A DNA stretch of 63,889 nucleotides, counting the filler, from Circinaria calcarea (Eukaryota): NCBI GenBank assembly GCA_051942165.1. It is 3 parts of 3 records of this genome, joined end to end, with 100 filler letters (N's around TTAATTAATTAA, not from the genome) between each part and the next. Parts side by side here need not be neighbours in the genome. Positions count along the whole stretch, not along the records: positions 42,715 to 63,889 come from JAVECS010000148.1; 2 more parts are not named here. One strand, given 5' to 3'. Positions 43,938 through 56,768 of the stretch are shown piece by piece. Within the stretch, counting starts at the first letter, position 1. Each line of letters starts with the position of its first letter. A program made the translations under genes and the position numbers. The notes beneath the pieces were generated by a model. That model saw nothing but the letters and a program-made list of their open reading frames with translations. It was not told the origin of the DNA and did not search any database.

Positions 43938-46845
43938 TTACCTCGACAACCCCTGTTTAGCCTTGTGTAAAAAGTCAGCTCATGCCCAGCCTCCCTCACC
44001 GGCTTTAGGGAAAGGATGAAAAGAAAAGGACGAATGGGAGAAAAACATACCTTCATCTGCTCGATCCTTGCCTTGAGCTGGCTGGTCACCTCGGCCGCGC
44101 GCTTCCAACTCTCAATCGGCTCTCCATTCGCACTCGTACCTGCACCCGCATTCCCATTCCCCTGCCCCTGCCCCTGGCCTTCCCTTTCCCGCTCCCTCCC
44201 TGGACTTTCTCCTCTCCCGTGCCCATTCACTCCCACCGCGGGATTAATCTTCCGCGCTCCGGCTTCCAAGCCGCCGTTTTCTTTTTCTTCGCTGGGGCTC
44301 GTCATGTAGGCTCTCGCTGCGCGCTGGTAGCCCACTTCGCGGCTCTCTGCGTTGTTGTGGTTGTAGCGATCGAATCCACCTGAGGAGTTGGTATTGACAG
44401 TGCTATTACTACTGGAGGCCGTATCGCGGTAGATCCCATCGCTCCCGCTGCCGTCAACATAAGACGTTGGACTGGCTGCGCGGGCTGCACGGCCAAGTTC
44501 CCTCTTCATGCGATCCAACTCTCTTGATTGCCTCGCCACCGTCTGCTCTGCGGCTTCGGCATCTGATCTTGCGCGAACGAGTTGGGTTTCCTTGGCTTTG
44601 ATACTGAGCACGTCGCGGGTATGGTCTTCGATGAGTTGAGCATTTTGATTTTGCAGCTCGTTGATTTGAGAGGCGAGTTTTGACTTCTCCGAGCGTATGT
44701 CCTCGACCAGACGTTGGAGACGGTCCTTTTCTGCGCGGAGATCGTCGAGTTCGGCACGCTCGGCGAGGGTCATGCCTGGTGCGGTGGAAGAGGTTGAGGT
44801 GTCTGAGAGTGTCGGGGTGGGTTTACCGAGAGGGCGACCTGCTAGACCGCGGCCTCCCAGGCCCATCTTTGGCACTGGAGTAGGTGTTTCGTCGTCCACG
44901 TTGGGGGGAGAGATGTTACGTTTAGGGGATGCGAAGGCGGAAGCGGATGCTGCTCCAGATCCTATGACTCGCTTTTGAAGCTTTAAGCCTCCAGAGGGAG
45001 CTGTTAGTCCGGCCTTGGGTAGGCCGCCTAGTTTAGAAGGGAGGGTGCGAGGTATCGCAGGCTTTGCTTCTGGCACGGGCTCTTCAACCTGTGGCGTAGA
45101 CGCTCTCGCTGTAGGAGCCGGTTTCTTCACCCCAGCTATTGACTTCTTGCCAATCACTTTCTTCTGTGGAGCGGGGGCAGCTTTAGGAGGAGGCGCGACT
45201 GGTTTTGGTTTGTCCTTTGCTTTCACTACCGCTGCATCAAAGTACTCTTTGATTTTAGTCTTTCGTATGTCGTCTAGTCCATCAAGATACTGGGTCATTT
45301 GCCTTTCGCCCATGATCTTCATCAAAGTTCCTAAAATTTCAGCTCCTCCTGATCTCATAACTTCGGTTGACTCTGTCAGTAGCTTAATGGCAGCATCCGC
45401 GATCAGCTTGGTTTCAGCTTTTGAAGGTGCATCTCGTGTAGTCTTGAGACATCGAATCAGAAATCTCAAGGTTTCAAGCTTCACCTGGGGATTCTTATTC
45501 TTCAAGAACTCAAGGATTTCTTCCAAGCACTCCGAAAGATTTGTCGAGGCGAAAACTGCGTCCAACGCTGCTCCTAGAGCATCAGCTACTGCTTGCTTCT
45601 TCTCTTTCAAACGTTCCAGCATTGGTGACATTGTCCTGCTTCGGTACTTGGCAAAACTCCTTCGCAAGCCTTTTGCCAGAGCCTCGACACAGTTTGCTGC
45701 CACCGCCACAACTCCAACGTTCGCATCTTTCATACATTTTGCAAATGCTGTAATCACTTCGTCGAAGGGACCATCCTTGATCCGGGGTACATTAGCAACG
45801 GCAAAAAAGGCGTCGAGTGCTTCCTTTCGATCACTCCATTTCTTAGACGCGATATTCTCATGAAAATCCGCTGGGATCTGACTATACACATCGACAGGCT
45901 CTGCTAGGTCGAAAGCATCGATTCCAACTGACTCTTCCACTACGTCCTCTTCTGCCTCGATTGCATCGGGCTCTGCAGGTGCAGCTGCTTTTGCTTGCTG
46001 GGATCGGAGTAGCCGTTCTTGCTTGGGTGACTGCTCTTGCTTGACCCTTTCAAACAATTTCTCAAGGTCTTGTTGCTGCACCGGCTTCAGGTCATCCCAA
46101 AAGAGTGGTTTCATGCCTTCTCGAAGCCACCTGTAAAGCTCGACAACCAAATTCGACGCTTCCGCACGGACATTCTTATCAGCATGTCCAAAGAGCTTAG
46201 TGAGAGCCTTCAGCACTGGTTTCGGGTCTACGATCTTGACGCCGTACGCGTGATATATTGCTGTCAATGCAAAAAGATTGGCTGCAATAATCTTAGGCTG
46301 CTTATTCGATAGAGGAGGTATCAAGTCTGCAATAACATAGTCGGCCTTGTCGATTTCGATATACAAAAGCAGCGCTTCTAAAGAACTCTGCTTCGTAGCT
46401 GCTCTTGTAGAGGGAAGTCCCTTTTCTGCGATTGGGGTGATCGTTACGTTGTGGCTCCTAATAACCAGTCAGCGCATTCCCTTGTCAGTTCCCCCACCGC
46501 CAGGTTATGTAAACCTTTTGCAGGCCTGCACTCCTCCGTATTTCAAGAACGAACACAGCGCATTTATCCCTTCCTGTTGCGCCGCGACATTTGAGTCGGC
46601 TACAGCCCCTTTCCATAAATCGGGATCTGATAGGAACGGTTTGAATGTTGGATCAGACTCATCCGGGGTACTTTCGAATGCTTTCGCCGCGTCTTCGTAG
46701 CCCTCCTTTCGCACTTTCCATGCCTACATTGCTTTTAGAGATTATCTTGCCGACGGGGTGATGGATTTAGGGAAGTGAGACTGACCTTGTGCACAAACCT
46801 ATCTGGCAGCGGCAGGGAACTGAAATCCTCCTCCTGCTCGGCCAT
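43938..46845 (-). CDS. STU2: XMAP215/Stu2/Alp14 TOG-domain microtubule polymerase
   Basis: MAEQEEDFSSLPL, WKVRKEGYE, DSNVAAQQ, KKWSDRKEAL, two TOG arrays, basic linker, coiled coil with EDHTRDVLSIKAKETQL, and WKRAAEVTSQLKARIEQMK/AKQGLSR*. Confidence 0.94.
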
Positions 46846-47536
46846 CGTACCGGAGGGAAAATCAACGAAGCTCTGCTTGGCACGCAAGGTCAATGAGTAG
46901 TCGAGCGATGTTGATCTTAATGAGGTCCTGCTTTAATTATCGTACCTACAAACGGATAGTTGATCAAAAGAAAGGGTGGTAGAATGTAGAATAATGTACC
47001 TAGTAGCTCGCCGAGTTGAGGGGGAAGAAGTGGTGAAGTAGCTGTGAATGTGAGCCTTATGTGGTGAAGAATTGCACTTTTTTGTATGCAGTTTCGTCAA
47101 CAATGACGCGAAATCGAATTGCTGCAGTGACCCCGAACACCCCGACTAGCGCCATTTACCCCAGATGATTCCGTCTGAACGAGTACGCCGATGCATACAG
47201 AGGACATAGCAGCGTTCGCATTCTGATTCTGTATACTCAAAAAGCGACAATTTATTAGGTTCCTGTATTGCCACGACCAACTGTCATCGACACGGTTTGA
47301 GAAAGCTGCGCGCTGCAAACCTGTGCGGAATTCCTTTGCCCCAACCTGAGAATCATCATTCCCTGGTGAACAGCTTGCATATCCTCTACAATCACCGGCC
47401 CCCAATACTCAAGAAAGCCTAACACAGAGCATGATATGATCCTGTAGCGACCTTTATGTAGGACTACACTACATACTGGGCGCCATTGTACACAAAGGCA
47501 ATACGCACACCGCTGGATGTTCCGACGGCTCCAGTC

Positions 47537-49022
47537 ATGAGCCAGCTTCTTACCACGAGGCAAGCAGAGGAGCTGTGCGTAAGCAAACGACGTACCCAAC
47601 GACCAGTTGTTTCGTGCTAATGGACCAGCAAGCCACAAAGCCATAATCGCATACCTTTCGTCTACAAATCTACTCAAAACTGCCGCAGCGCTCCGGGAGG
47701 AGGTGAACATTGGGGAGAGCTTCGACGATGCGACAAGCAAGAAGTACGAGGGCCTGTTGGAGAAGAAGTGGACTAGCGTGGTTAGACTGCAGAAGAAGGT
47801 GAGTTACCTGCGGACTCAAAGATGGCCCACTATCTGATGAGACTAGATCATGGATCTGGAATCTCGCAACGCCGCCCTTCAATCCGAACTAGACTCCGCT
47901 ACCCCTACTTCGCTATCGCGCAGGAATCAAGATCCTACCACTTGGCTTCCTCGATCGCCTGCGCGGCATACTCTACAGTCGCATCGATTGCCTGTTACTT
48001 GTGTCGCATTCCATCCCATATTTTCCTCACTTGCCTCTGGTTCGGAAGACACAACGATCAAAATCTGGGATTGGGAGCTAGGTGAATTGGAGCGCACTGT
48101 GAAAGGACATACCAAAGCCGTTCTTGATGTTGATTACGGGGGCCCGAGAGGTGGGACTTTACTCGCGTCATGCTCTTCAGACCTTACGATTAAGCTCTGG
48201 GACCCAAGTGAGGAATATAAGAACATAAGGACGCTACCCGGTCATGATCACTCAGTTTCTGCCGTACGATTTATCCCATCTGGCGCGGCAGGTGCTCCTA
48301 CCTCAGGCAATTTACTTGTGTCCGCATCTCGGGATAAGTCGCTGCGAATATGGGATGTTACCACGGGGTATTGCGTGAAGACATTACGGAGTCACGTCGA
48401 CTGGGTTCGAGATGTTGCGCCCAGCTTTGACGGACGCTGGCTTCTGTCTGCCGGCAACGATCAAACAGCAAGACTATGGGATACCAGCTCGGGAGATGTG
48501 AAGGCTACTTTCCTTGGCCATGAACACGTGGTTGAATGTTGCATTTTTGCACCGGCAGCGGCGTATGGATATCTAGCTACCCTCGCTGGGCTTAAGAAGC
48601 CCCCGTCCGCGAGCAGTTCTGGGGAATTCCTAGCAACAGGATCGCGGGATAAGAGCATCAAAATCTGGGACTCTCGAGGAACGCTGATCAAGACACTTAT
48701 CGGGCATGATAACTGGGTGCGCGGACTGCTGTTCCATCCCGGGGGAAAGTATCTACTGAGTGTGGCTGATGATAAGACAATCAGATGCTGGGATCTCAGT
48801 CAAGAGTGTAAATGTGTGAAAACGTTGGACGATGCGCACGGCCATTTTGTCAGCTGTATCCGATGGGCCCCGGGCATAATAAAAGGCACAGAAGCGCCAA
48901 CGGTCAACGGAACTCCCAGTAGGATCAGCAAAAAGGACGATCCAGGTGGGGTGAAAGAGACGATAAGGTGTGTGATTGCGACGGGCAGTGTGGATTTGAA
49001 CGTTAGGGTTTTCGCAGCATAG
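47537..49022 (+). CDS. nudF: LIS1/NudF/Pac1 dynein regulator (LisH plus WD40), 3 exons
   Basis: [39 protein letters not shown], seven WD40 repeats and CVIATGSVD. Confidence 0.96.
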
Positions 49023-49358
49023 ATTCCCATTTGGGGACGAGCTCGTGCAGAGTTGCATAACTCGCCCAACTTGCACTTCATGACTCTCCGACAATCCTTC
49101 CACTTGCTCAACCCAGCAACTCGTGTAGATGTGCGTTATTGTCCTGTAGCTGTCGTTCAGAAATCAGCCCTATCTCTACGGTACCTAGCACTGGGTAGTA
49201 GTGAGCACACTGCTATGAATAGAAACCCCCAAATCTCCAGAAATGACGTTTGGTTTACGGCTCCGAAAGTGCAGATTACCAGTATTCAGTCCCTCGATCA
49301 ATTAACATGTCAACGAGCGTAATACTTCTTTAAAAGATAAGTGTCTCATCGATTGAGA

Positions 49359-50176
49359 ATGTCACCAATACTCCTCCGTACAACAACCGTCCGGTCAGCC
49401 CTTCGCGCTGCAGCTTCAGCAAGCTCAAAGCCCGCCGGTCTTGCTGGAATAAGCTTTGCTCGTGGAAAAGCAACGCTCCCTGACCTGCCATGTAAGCCGC
49501 GAGGTCACCGAGCAACCCTCTAGTAGCTTAACCTAGATTGGGGAGCTAATGTGGCATTTTATGGAAGACGATTATGGCGCGCTCGAGCCAGCAATATCAG
49601 GAAAGATCATGGAGCTCCATCACAAGAACCACCATCAAACCTATGTTAACTCCTTCAACGCCGCTTCAGAACAGCTTTCCACCGCGCAGTCGAAGTCCGA
49701 CATCGCCGCTCAAATCGCCCTCCAGCCATTGATCAACTTTCATGGCGGTGGGCACATCAACCACACACTGTTCTGGGAGAACCTTGCGCCCAAGAGTAGT
49801 GGAGGAGGCGAGCCACCAAGTGGGAAGCTAGGAAAGGAAATCGAGGCTACGTTTGGAGGATTGGAAAATTTCAAGGGAGAGTTTAACAAGGCGCTGGCAG
49901 CGATCCAGGGCAGTGGATGGGCATGGCTCGTCCGAGATAATCAGACTGGGGGAATCGGGATTAAGACATATCAGAACCAAGATCCCGTTGTTGGGCAATG
50001 GACACCGCTGCTGGGTATTGATGCGTGGGAGCACGCCTACTAGTAGGTTAATCCCTTCACCCGCGTGGGAGGTAACTAATAGCTCCAGTCTACAATATCA
50101 GAATCGGAAGGTAGAATACTTCAAGGCTATCTGGGATGTTGTCAACTGGAATGCGGCTGAGAAGCGATTCGGGTAG
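49359..50176 (+). CDS. SOD2: Mitochondrial Mn superoxide dismutase, 3 exons
   Basis: Presequence, KATLPDLPYDYGALEP, ELHHKNHHQTYV, FHGGGHINH, QGSGW and DAWEHAYYLQY. Confidence 0.97.
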
Positions 50177-50650
50177 GATGTGGAAGTGGTAGGTGTTTCA
50201 GTGTGTCTATGAAGATGAGGATTTTCCGTAGAGGAAAATAAACACGGTTGCAAATGCTCTGATGAGCTTATTTAACCCGTGAATAATGCGTTTATCATTT
50301 CCGGTACCGACCAAAGTACTAGCCTGCAACCGCAGTCACTGATAAATGTGAAGATCTATCATGCCCTGGCATGATCTCGCTTCTTCCTCTCCGTTGTCTT
50401 TGATTTGTCTTGGTGCAGGTTTTTTTGGAATGAGTGTGACTTTACTCAACTTAATCAAACGCCTCATCATCCGAAAAGCACAGTACCTAGCCTGGGCAGA
50501 TGACTTCGCTGAATAGCACATTTGAACGATGCTAACAATGTGGGACGCCTCTAGCGTCGAATATTAGAGCAACAAGTAGCGGAAAGAAAGGACAAGTATG
50601 ACTGGAAGGTGGGGGATATAGCTTGAAGCACTGCCAGCAGTCTTAGCCTG

Positions 50651-51131
50651 TCAAGACATCGCGACCGGTCTGTGGCCACGAAATTTTGGTTTTGCGTTTG
50701 CGTTTGGCTTTGGCCTTGGCTTCGGCCCCGGCCCCATGCCTTTTCTGAATCCGCAGCGGTGCCAGCACTCAATGCAGACATTTTCCAGTATCGCATCCCC
50801 GATACAGAGCTAGAGTTGTGCGGTCAAGCATCAGCGTTATGGACAATCCTCTCTCAGAGTATACCAGAGGCCTTGGAGCCTTTGTCCGAGCTTTCGGACG
50901 GGGAATAGCAACTCCACTTACCGTACACAGAGGACCGTCCCATGCCACTAAGCTGCAAACGGCGCCGCATGTTGCCACAACCACGTTACATTTGGCTTCG
51001 CACTTGACGCAGTCCCAGAATCCGCCGACAAGTTTTATCGGTGGGAGCGGTGACGTTGCAGGATAGGGAACCGCGAGGCACGTTCGAGCAATGAAAGCCA
51101 CGGCCACTGACAGGATGATGATGGATCTCAT
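50651..51131 (-). CDS. Small secreted cysteine-rich cationic protein, 122 aa, 2 exons (51131-50922, 50809-50651)
   Basis: Signal-peptide-like MRSIIILSVAVAFIARTCLA. A phase-0 GTAAGT...CTAG intron at 50810-50921 gives an exon 2 reading LCIGDAILENVCIECWHRCGFRKG...*. There are 10 regularly spaced Cys in the mature part. Confidence 0.75.
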
Positions 51132-53038
51132 GATTTGGAAAAAGGAGCTGGTGATATTGTCCTAGAAGGCTTGAAGAACATTCTGTGTGGAAGATATCTA
51201 TATATACCCCAGTTTTCAAAACCTGGAGTCGTATCTGGAAACACACCGCATCTCATCCCGAACCCAATCAAGTCTTGTCATCTTTTCCTAGACCTTGGGG
51301 TGCACCACGCCTTCCCCACGTACGTATCAAATTCGCGACCTCCACGTTATGATCGACGTTACCCCCGGATTTTTGGTGGGAGCGCCTGTATAAAGATTTG
51401 GGATATTCGGGGCTGAATTTGCTCGTGTGATTTGCTGTACTTGCGACATGCGAAGGTCGCAGCCTCATGATCTAATCACGTAAGTATTAATTCACTAGAT
51501 ACCTGATCACGGAGAGCGGTGAGCGATATCTTGGTTATAGTTGGAATATGTTCCTTCGGAAGGACTTGTCCGGTTTGCGGAGGTAGATAATGGTGAAACA
51601 ACTGGATGGCGAGATTGACATAAAATAGAAAGAGGACACTCCTGAAGGTTGACGCCATCCATTTTCATCTACGCCTCCGGATTACCCTTCATCTGGGACC
51701 GAACATCCTTGCTCTGTACGACGGAGAAATACTTGATTGACTCTTTTGCGACAATATCCCATCCCGAAGTCGAAAGAGGAAACTTGCCCGTACAAACCCG
51801 CAGAACTTGAACCCGACAAGCCACGAGTCATCCCCGTCTAAATTTCAGCCATGATGGCCTTGTCCTTGCACTGCAGAACAAGGTTTCTGGTAGACTCCGT
51901 GCTGTCCACAATGACGGATGAGCATAATTCACGCTACGACTACTCGGTGGCAAATATGATACGTTTGTGATCCCAATGACGCCTGGGCATTATATCACGC
52001 GGTGGCCTTGGCTTCGTTTCTTACTCCCCTTTGTGCGACCTCAGGACTCATCCGGAGGTCCGCCTTGGTGACCCGTCGAGTCTCTGCTCATCTTGGGCTA
52101 TCTCGATCTCTGAGCTTGCAGAGACTACGGTTTCAAGACGATATTTGCAGGAGAACACATCCGACGAGGGCACCTTACCGGTTGATGCGGCACTGCCACA
52201 ACTCTGGACACATGACAGTGTTGCCTTCATTGCCGGTAGATGGCAACGGTATTTGCCATTGCAGTAGCCGAGCGCATTTGCAAAGAGAATACGTGGGTGA
52301 TAGTCATGTCTGACTTCATATCGTCATACTCCTTAAGCAATTTCGTCCTTAAAGAACAGTCCTTATATGCGCCAGAGACCAAATAGACGGGACTGGATGC
52401 TGGTAACATTGAAGGTAGGAAATTCCACGTCACGGAAAACCTGTGCCCCTCTTGCCAACTCCTCATGATTAGACGTTTGAACTGAATCAGGTACAATGGC
52501 TTCGGCATGAAACGCTATATGAGGATCAATAGAAGAGTTGCGAGTCTTCCGGGCTGCCTTTGTGCATCATTTATTTCAATCTTAGTGAAAGATCATGCAC
52601 TTTTATAAGGGCTGTGCCACTGCAAACTTTGACAGGTGAAGAAAGGTTGTAAAGCCATAATGGATTGCATCCAGCGGAAATATGTTGAGATTATCAATGT
52701 AGGCGGAGGCCCTCCTCATCATGCATAGGGAACAAGACTGCCAGCTGCCCCCCCACCCCCTTCTCCCACAAAACCTGGGCGGGAAGTCAGGGAGATTTGT
52801 TCTCTTGAAACGGTGCTGCACGTGCTTCCAATTCCACACGCGCGCTTATTGGGTATCTCTAGGGCTGCTGCTTTAAATTTAGAATCCAAGTTTAGAGCGG
52901 CAGCTTGGCACGGGACCACGTGATTGAACTCCGGCTTTCTTCGAGGCCGTCCAAAAGCCACAGTTACTACTTACCATTCTCGCTCAATCAACAGCGCCTT
53001 CATACATCCTTCCATCAGTCTGCTCCCAAATCTTAATC

Positions 53039-53917
53039 ATGTCGAAAAGGACCGTCTTCACTACTTTGACTCCTCTTCCCGCAGGTATCAGTCGAGAGAC
53101 TGTCATCGGAACTCTCCAAAGTCATGTGGAGATGATCGATCTCAACCCTCTTGTCATAGAACGCCACCCCATCAAGCCTCCTGCCAATGCGACCGCCGAA
53201 GAATTCAATTACTGCGATTGGTACCAGCTGACAGACAAAGTCCAATACATGCCGGGTGGACTCTACTCGGGCAAGGTCTCGTACAATGCCTGCTTCCACA
53301 ATCTCTCTACCGGGCTCCAGACGCACGTCTACGCGCCAATGGGCTTAGACATCAAGGGCAAGTGGACGCTTGGGGGTTCGCTGCCTGGCGAGCCAAGGGA
53401 AGCAGTCGAAATGGGATTGGGCGCGCCGAAAGAGGGCCTGTGGTTACGGGAAGACGTGGACATGAGATGTAACGTCTTCCTTACGAGTTTTGTCAAAAAG
53501 ACACTGAAGAAATCACATCTGGCATTGGTAGCCCGTTTGGTGGAAAAAGCCCATCTTCTCGAGTCGCGAGCGTATAATAATCGTCTCAACGAACGCAATC
53601 GACGTGCATCCCCCTCGATATACAGTGCCAATAGCCCTGAAAGCCCAGGATATCAGAATCATTTACATGCAGCATCTCTGGATCCAAGAAGCAGCATCAG
53701 CACCTTTCAGACTGGAAAGGTTTCGCTTCAGAGCAGCACAAGCGACACGCTTCAAAACGTGGATCCGGCCTATCAGAACTTCAACCTTCCTTACCAGAAC
53801 TTGGATCCGGCTTATCAGCCCGGGAATCCCTACTTTAAAAATCCTATACCTTACAACGACGACAGACCAGCGGAACTTCATTCCACTCCAAGACCTTTAG
53901 CCTTTGAAATGGAATAA
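53039..53917 (+). CDS. Conserved fungal protein of unknown function (DUF7053-like N-terminal domain, low-complexity tail)
   Basis: 292-aa intronless ORF. The stretches FTTLTPLP.GISRETV..L.SH.EMIDLNPLV, GLQTHVYAPMG and WLREDV..CN....FVK resemble a recurring Pezizomycotina family. The DUF number is from memory and unverified. Confidence 0.7.
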   Translation: MSKRTVFTTLTPLPAGISRETVIGTLQSHVEMIDLNPLVIERHPIKPPANATAEEFNYCDWYQLTDKVQYMPGGLYSGKVSYNACFHNLSTGLQTHVYAPMGLDIKGKWTLGGSLPGEPREAVEMGLGAPKEGLWLREDVDMRCNVFLTSFVKKTLKKSHLALVARLVEKAHLLESRAYNNRLNERNRRASPSIYSANSPESPGYQNHLHAASLDPRSSISTFQTGKVSLQSSTSDTLQNVDPAYQNFNLPYQNLDPAYQPGNPYFKNPIPYNDDRPAELHSTPRPLAFEME

Positions 53918-54692
53918 CGACGACTGTGATTGCACATATCTTACTTGCCCTTTTAGTTTTCTTCACTATCCTATGCAATTTTTCATATTGATACCACGTT
54001 CAAGGCAAATCTTTGGGTTGCTGTTTGGCTAGCAGTTATCTTTACTGGCGTTACGGCATCAACGTTGATTACGGACTTCTTCTGATTTTCACAGGCGCAT
54101 ATACCCATTCGGCTTTATAGTTTCATATGGACTTTTATTCAATTGTGAATGGCTTGAAGGAAAAGCCCGGGTCATTTGGCTTCACCATTTTTTGTCGACT
54201 ACTCCTTGAATGAGCATGTGACAACATCAGGTTCTATCTCCTCGACCAGCCTTCTAGAGGAGTACTACAGCGTCCGTGATTAACTATCGCAGAGCTTGCG
54301 GATTCTTGCGTTTCCGGCTTCCAGGTTCTTAATGTTGGATATTATTGGAGTGGTTAGCCAATTCGTACTCTCTCGCCCAAAGCCATCTATGATGTGAAGC
54401 TGCTGCCTAAGATAATTCTCAGCCACGTCATGGTGGAGTCACGTGATGCCGCTCTATATATAGGGGCTTTTGCCTACAGTACTCTTTTCCAGTTCGCACA
54501 TTCTTTGCATACATATATTCATGCACGTCTCGCACTATATTTTCTACACAACAAGCACTCCCGAAGCTTAAATCTAGAGCACAAGACTGTCTTTCATTCC
54601 TACTACTAGTACGAAATCTACCTTCTAAGGTGTCCCGAGAACAAGGAAGCAAGTATCTCTTTAACTAATCGCCACAATCTCCTCCAACGAGA

Positions 54693-55919
54693 ATGCCAAT
54701 CACCATCCACCCAGCTCATCATCCGGCCAATCCCACACGCTTCCATGATGAGGCTTCCACGTCCTCATCCAGCCTCCTCAAAGGCGCTTGCAAGAAGGAA
54801 CACCAAAAATGCGCGGAGATCCTCCAGTCCTCTTTCAAGTTGGATCCCAACATCGCCATCTATCCATCCGACAACGGATTTGTCCACGGGGCTATTAAAG
54901 CCTACAACCAGCACCATCATCTTGTTATTCGACCCGAGGATATCTGGTTCGCCATCCTCACACAGCTCTCTCTATACATCAACGCACACGCGGCAGACCT
55001 CCGAGGGAAATTCGTCTCGTTTGAAGGCAAAAAGGAATTGAAAGTACATTATGTTGGAAACCGGTGGACCGTTGATTTCGCCGACTTTGCACTGAAGATC
55101 AGCTATCTGCTAAAGGAAAACGTCGTGGATGCGGAACTGCGAGAATGGATGATACCCGCCTTCAGCACCACGACCTCCAACGACAAAGTAATCGCTTCGA
55201 TCCTAATGATGGGTTCCATGCAGAAATACTTTACCTATAAATGTGTACTAGAGTGCGGTCTTCCCTCCGTGACCCTCCTCGGTTCGAAGGACGACTGGTC
55301 CCTCATCCTCAGTAAATTAGAAAAACTCCCGACATTCGGGGAGGAGCCTGCGGTCTGGTACACGCTGCTCCGACCTGTGGTCTCCCGCTTCGTGAATAGT
55401 TTCGACCATCCAAACTCGATGAAGACTATCGGTTTCTGGAACGGGATGGTGAGTTATGATATGGGTAGCGGATCAGAATCCTATACGGGTTGGATCACGG
55501 CGTTTTGTTTCTGGGATCGGGATGGGAAGTGCCTATGCCATACCCGCCAAAATACGAACTCCCAACCCCTCGACGCGTTTTTCGACGACGAAAAAGAGGA
55601 GGAAGAAAGCTTCGGTCTAGACGGTGCCATCTACCACGAGGTGGATAGCGAGGACGTTGCACCGGGCTATACTTCCGTGTCGGTAGAAGTCGACGATAAT
55701 GGCGACGAGTTTAAAGCGATGATGGTGGCCGGGTCGGTGGGAATAAGAACTCTGAGCAGCGGAGGGACGTTGGGGCCCGATGGGGAGAAAAACATGGATA
55801 CCATACAAGCTGAGGCAGGTTGGTGGATGTTTCAAATGAAGGAAGAAGCCGAGCGAGGGCAGGAGGGTGGAGAGGAAGAGGAAACGAGAAGAGTTATTCC
55901 GAGAGGGATCGGGAAGTGA
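54693..55919 (+). CDS. DUF4419-family protein
   Basis: 408-aa intronless ORF with NGFV..AYNQHHHL.IRPEDIW.AIL.Q, F.GKKEL, FSTTT, CGLPSVTLLG..DW and GWITAF. Confidence 0.85.
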   Translation: MPITIHPAHHPANPTRFHDEASTSSSSLLKGACKKEHQKCAEILQSSFKLDPNIAIYPSDNGFVHGAIKAYNQHHHLVIRPEDIWFAILTQLSLYINAHAADLRGKFVSFEGKKELKVHYVGNRWTVDFADFALKISYLLKENVVDAELREWMIPAFSTTTSNDKVIASILMMGSMQKYFTYKCVLECGLPSVTLLGSKDDWSLILSKLEKLPTFGEEPAVWYTLLRPVVSRFVNSFDHPNSMKTIGFWNGMVSYDMGSGSESYTGWITAFCFWDRDGKCLCHTRQNTNSQPLDAFFDDEKEEEESFGLDGAIYHEVDSEDVAPGYTSVSVEVDDNGDEFKAMMVAGSVGIRTLSSGGTLGPDGEKNMDTIQAEAGWWMFQMKEEAERGQEGGEEEETRRVIPRGIGK

Positions 55920-56768
55920 ATGTGGAGGGTGTTGTGTTGGGGGGATCGGAATACTCAACACGGCGGGTTAGGGAAACCCCTATTTTCGCTTCGGACCGGA
56001 TCGAACCTTCCCGGAGGCTTTTCCCCCACGCTAACTTCGGGGGTCCATTCCTGAATCGTCCCTCAAACACGATGGGATTTTTTCTACCCAAAGGATTACC
56101 AGCATCACACACCAATCTCAGAAGTCAGCGTGCAAGTCATTGGTGGAGCGCTCTTACGGAGTACGGCGAGGACGGCTCCACTTGGTTGAGGTGGGCCGCC
56201 ACATTGCTAGGCGTATTACTGTCCCAGACAAACGAGCTCAGGAGGAGGCCTAGTATAGAGCTTTGCACTGCACTGCACTGCAGTATACACTAACAATGCA
56301 GCTGTCTCATCGATCATCGGGTATCGAGACCCTGGGGATCACCACAGTACAAAGGCGGGCGGGAAAATGGTGGGTAGTCTTACAAGGACATACCGTGGCT
56401 ACACTATAGTATCAGTGCAATTGGGAGGTTTCCGAGGTCTCCACTGTAATGCTTTAGTTGAGTTTCGTATGTTTTGATCGAAACCTGAATTGAATTTTGG
56501 TGTACGGAGTAGCCTACAGTTGATTGATCCTCCGCACCCGAGCCGCTTATGGTACTTTGGCAATCAGCCGATCTCGCCATTGCGTTGATTATCCTCACCC
56601 GGTTCCTGCACCTGCGTATGCTGAGAGGTTCGAAAGGAATTCGACCAGGGAATCTTTCCCAGGAGGGAGGATCTTGCAATAATATATCATCTTACAATCA
56701 GTCACAATTATAATCTCCAAGTATACATCTGCCTTTTCACCCTCGCCGGTAATTCACTTTACGGCAAC

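Noticed and set aside
51600..52900. Short ORFs between the Cys-rich gene and the DUF7053-like gene
   Set aside because: There is no recognisable domain or consistent exon chain. A decayed gene cannot be excluded but is unsupported.
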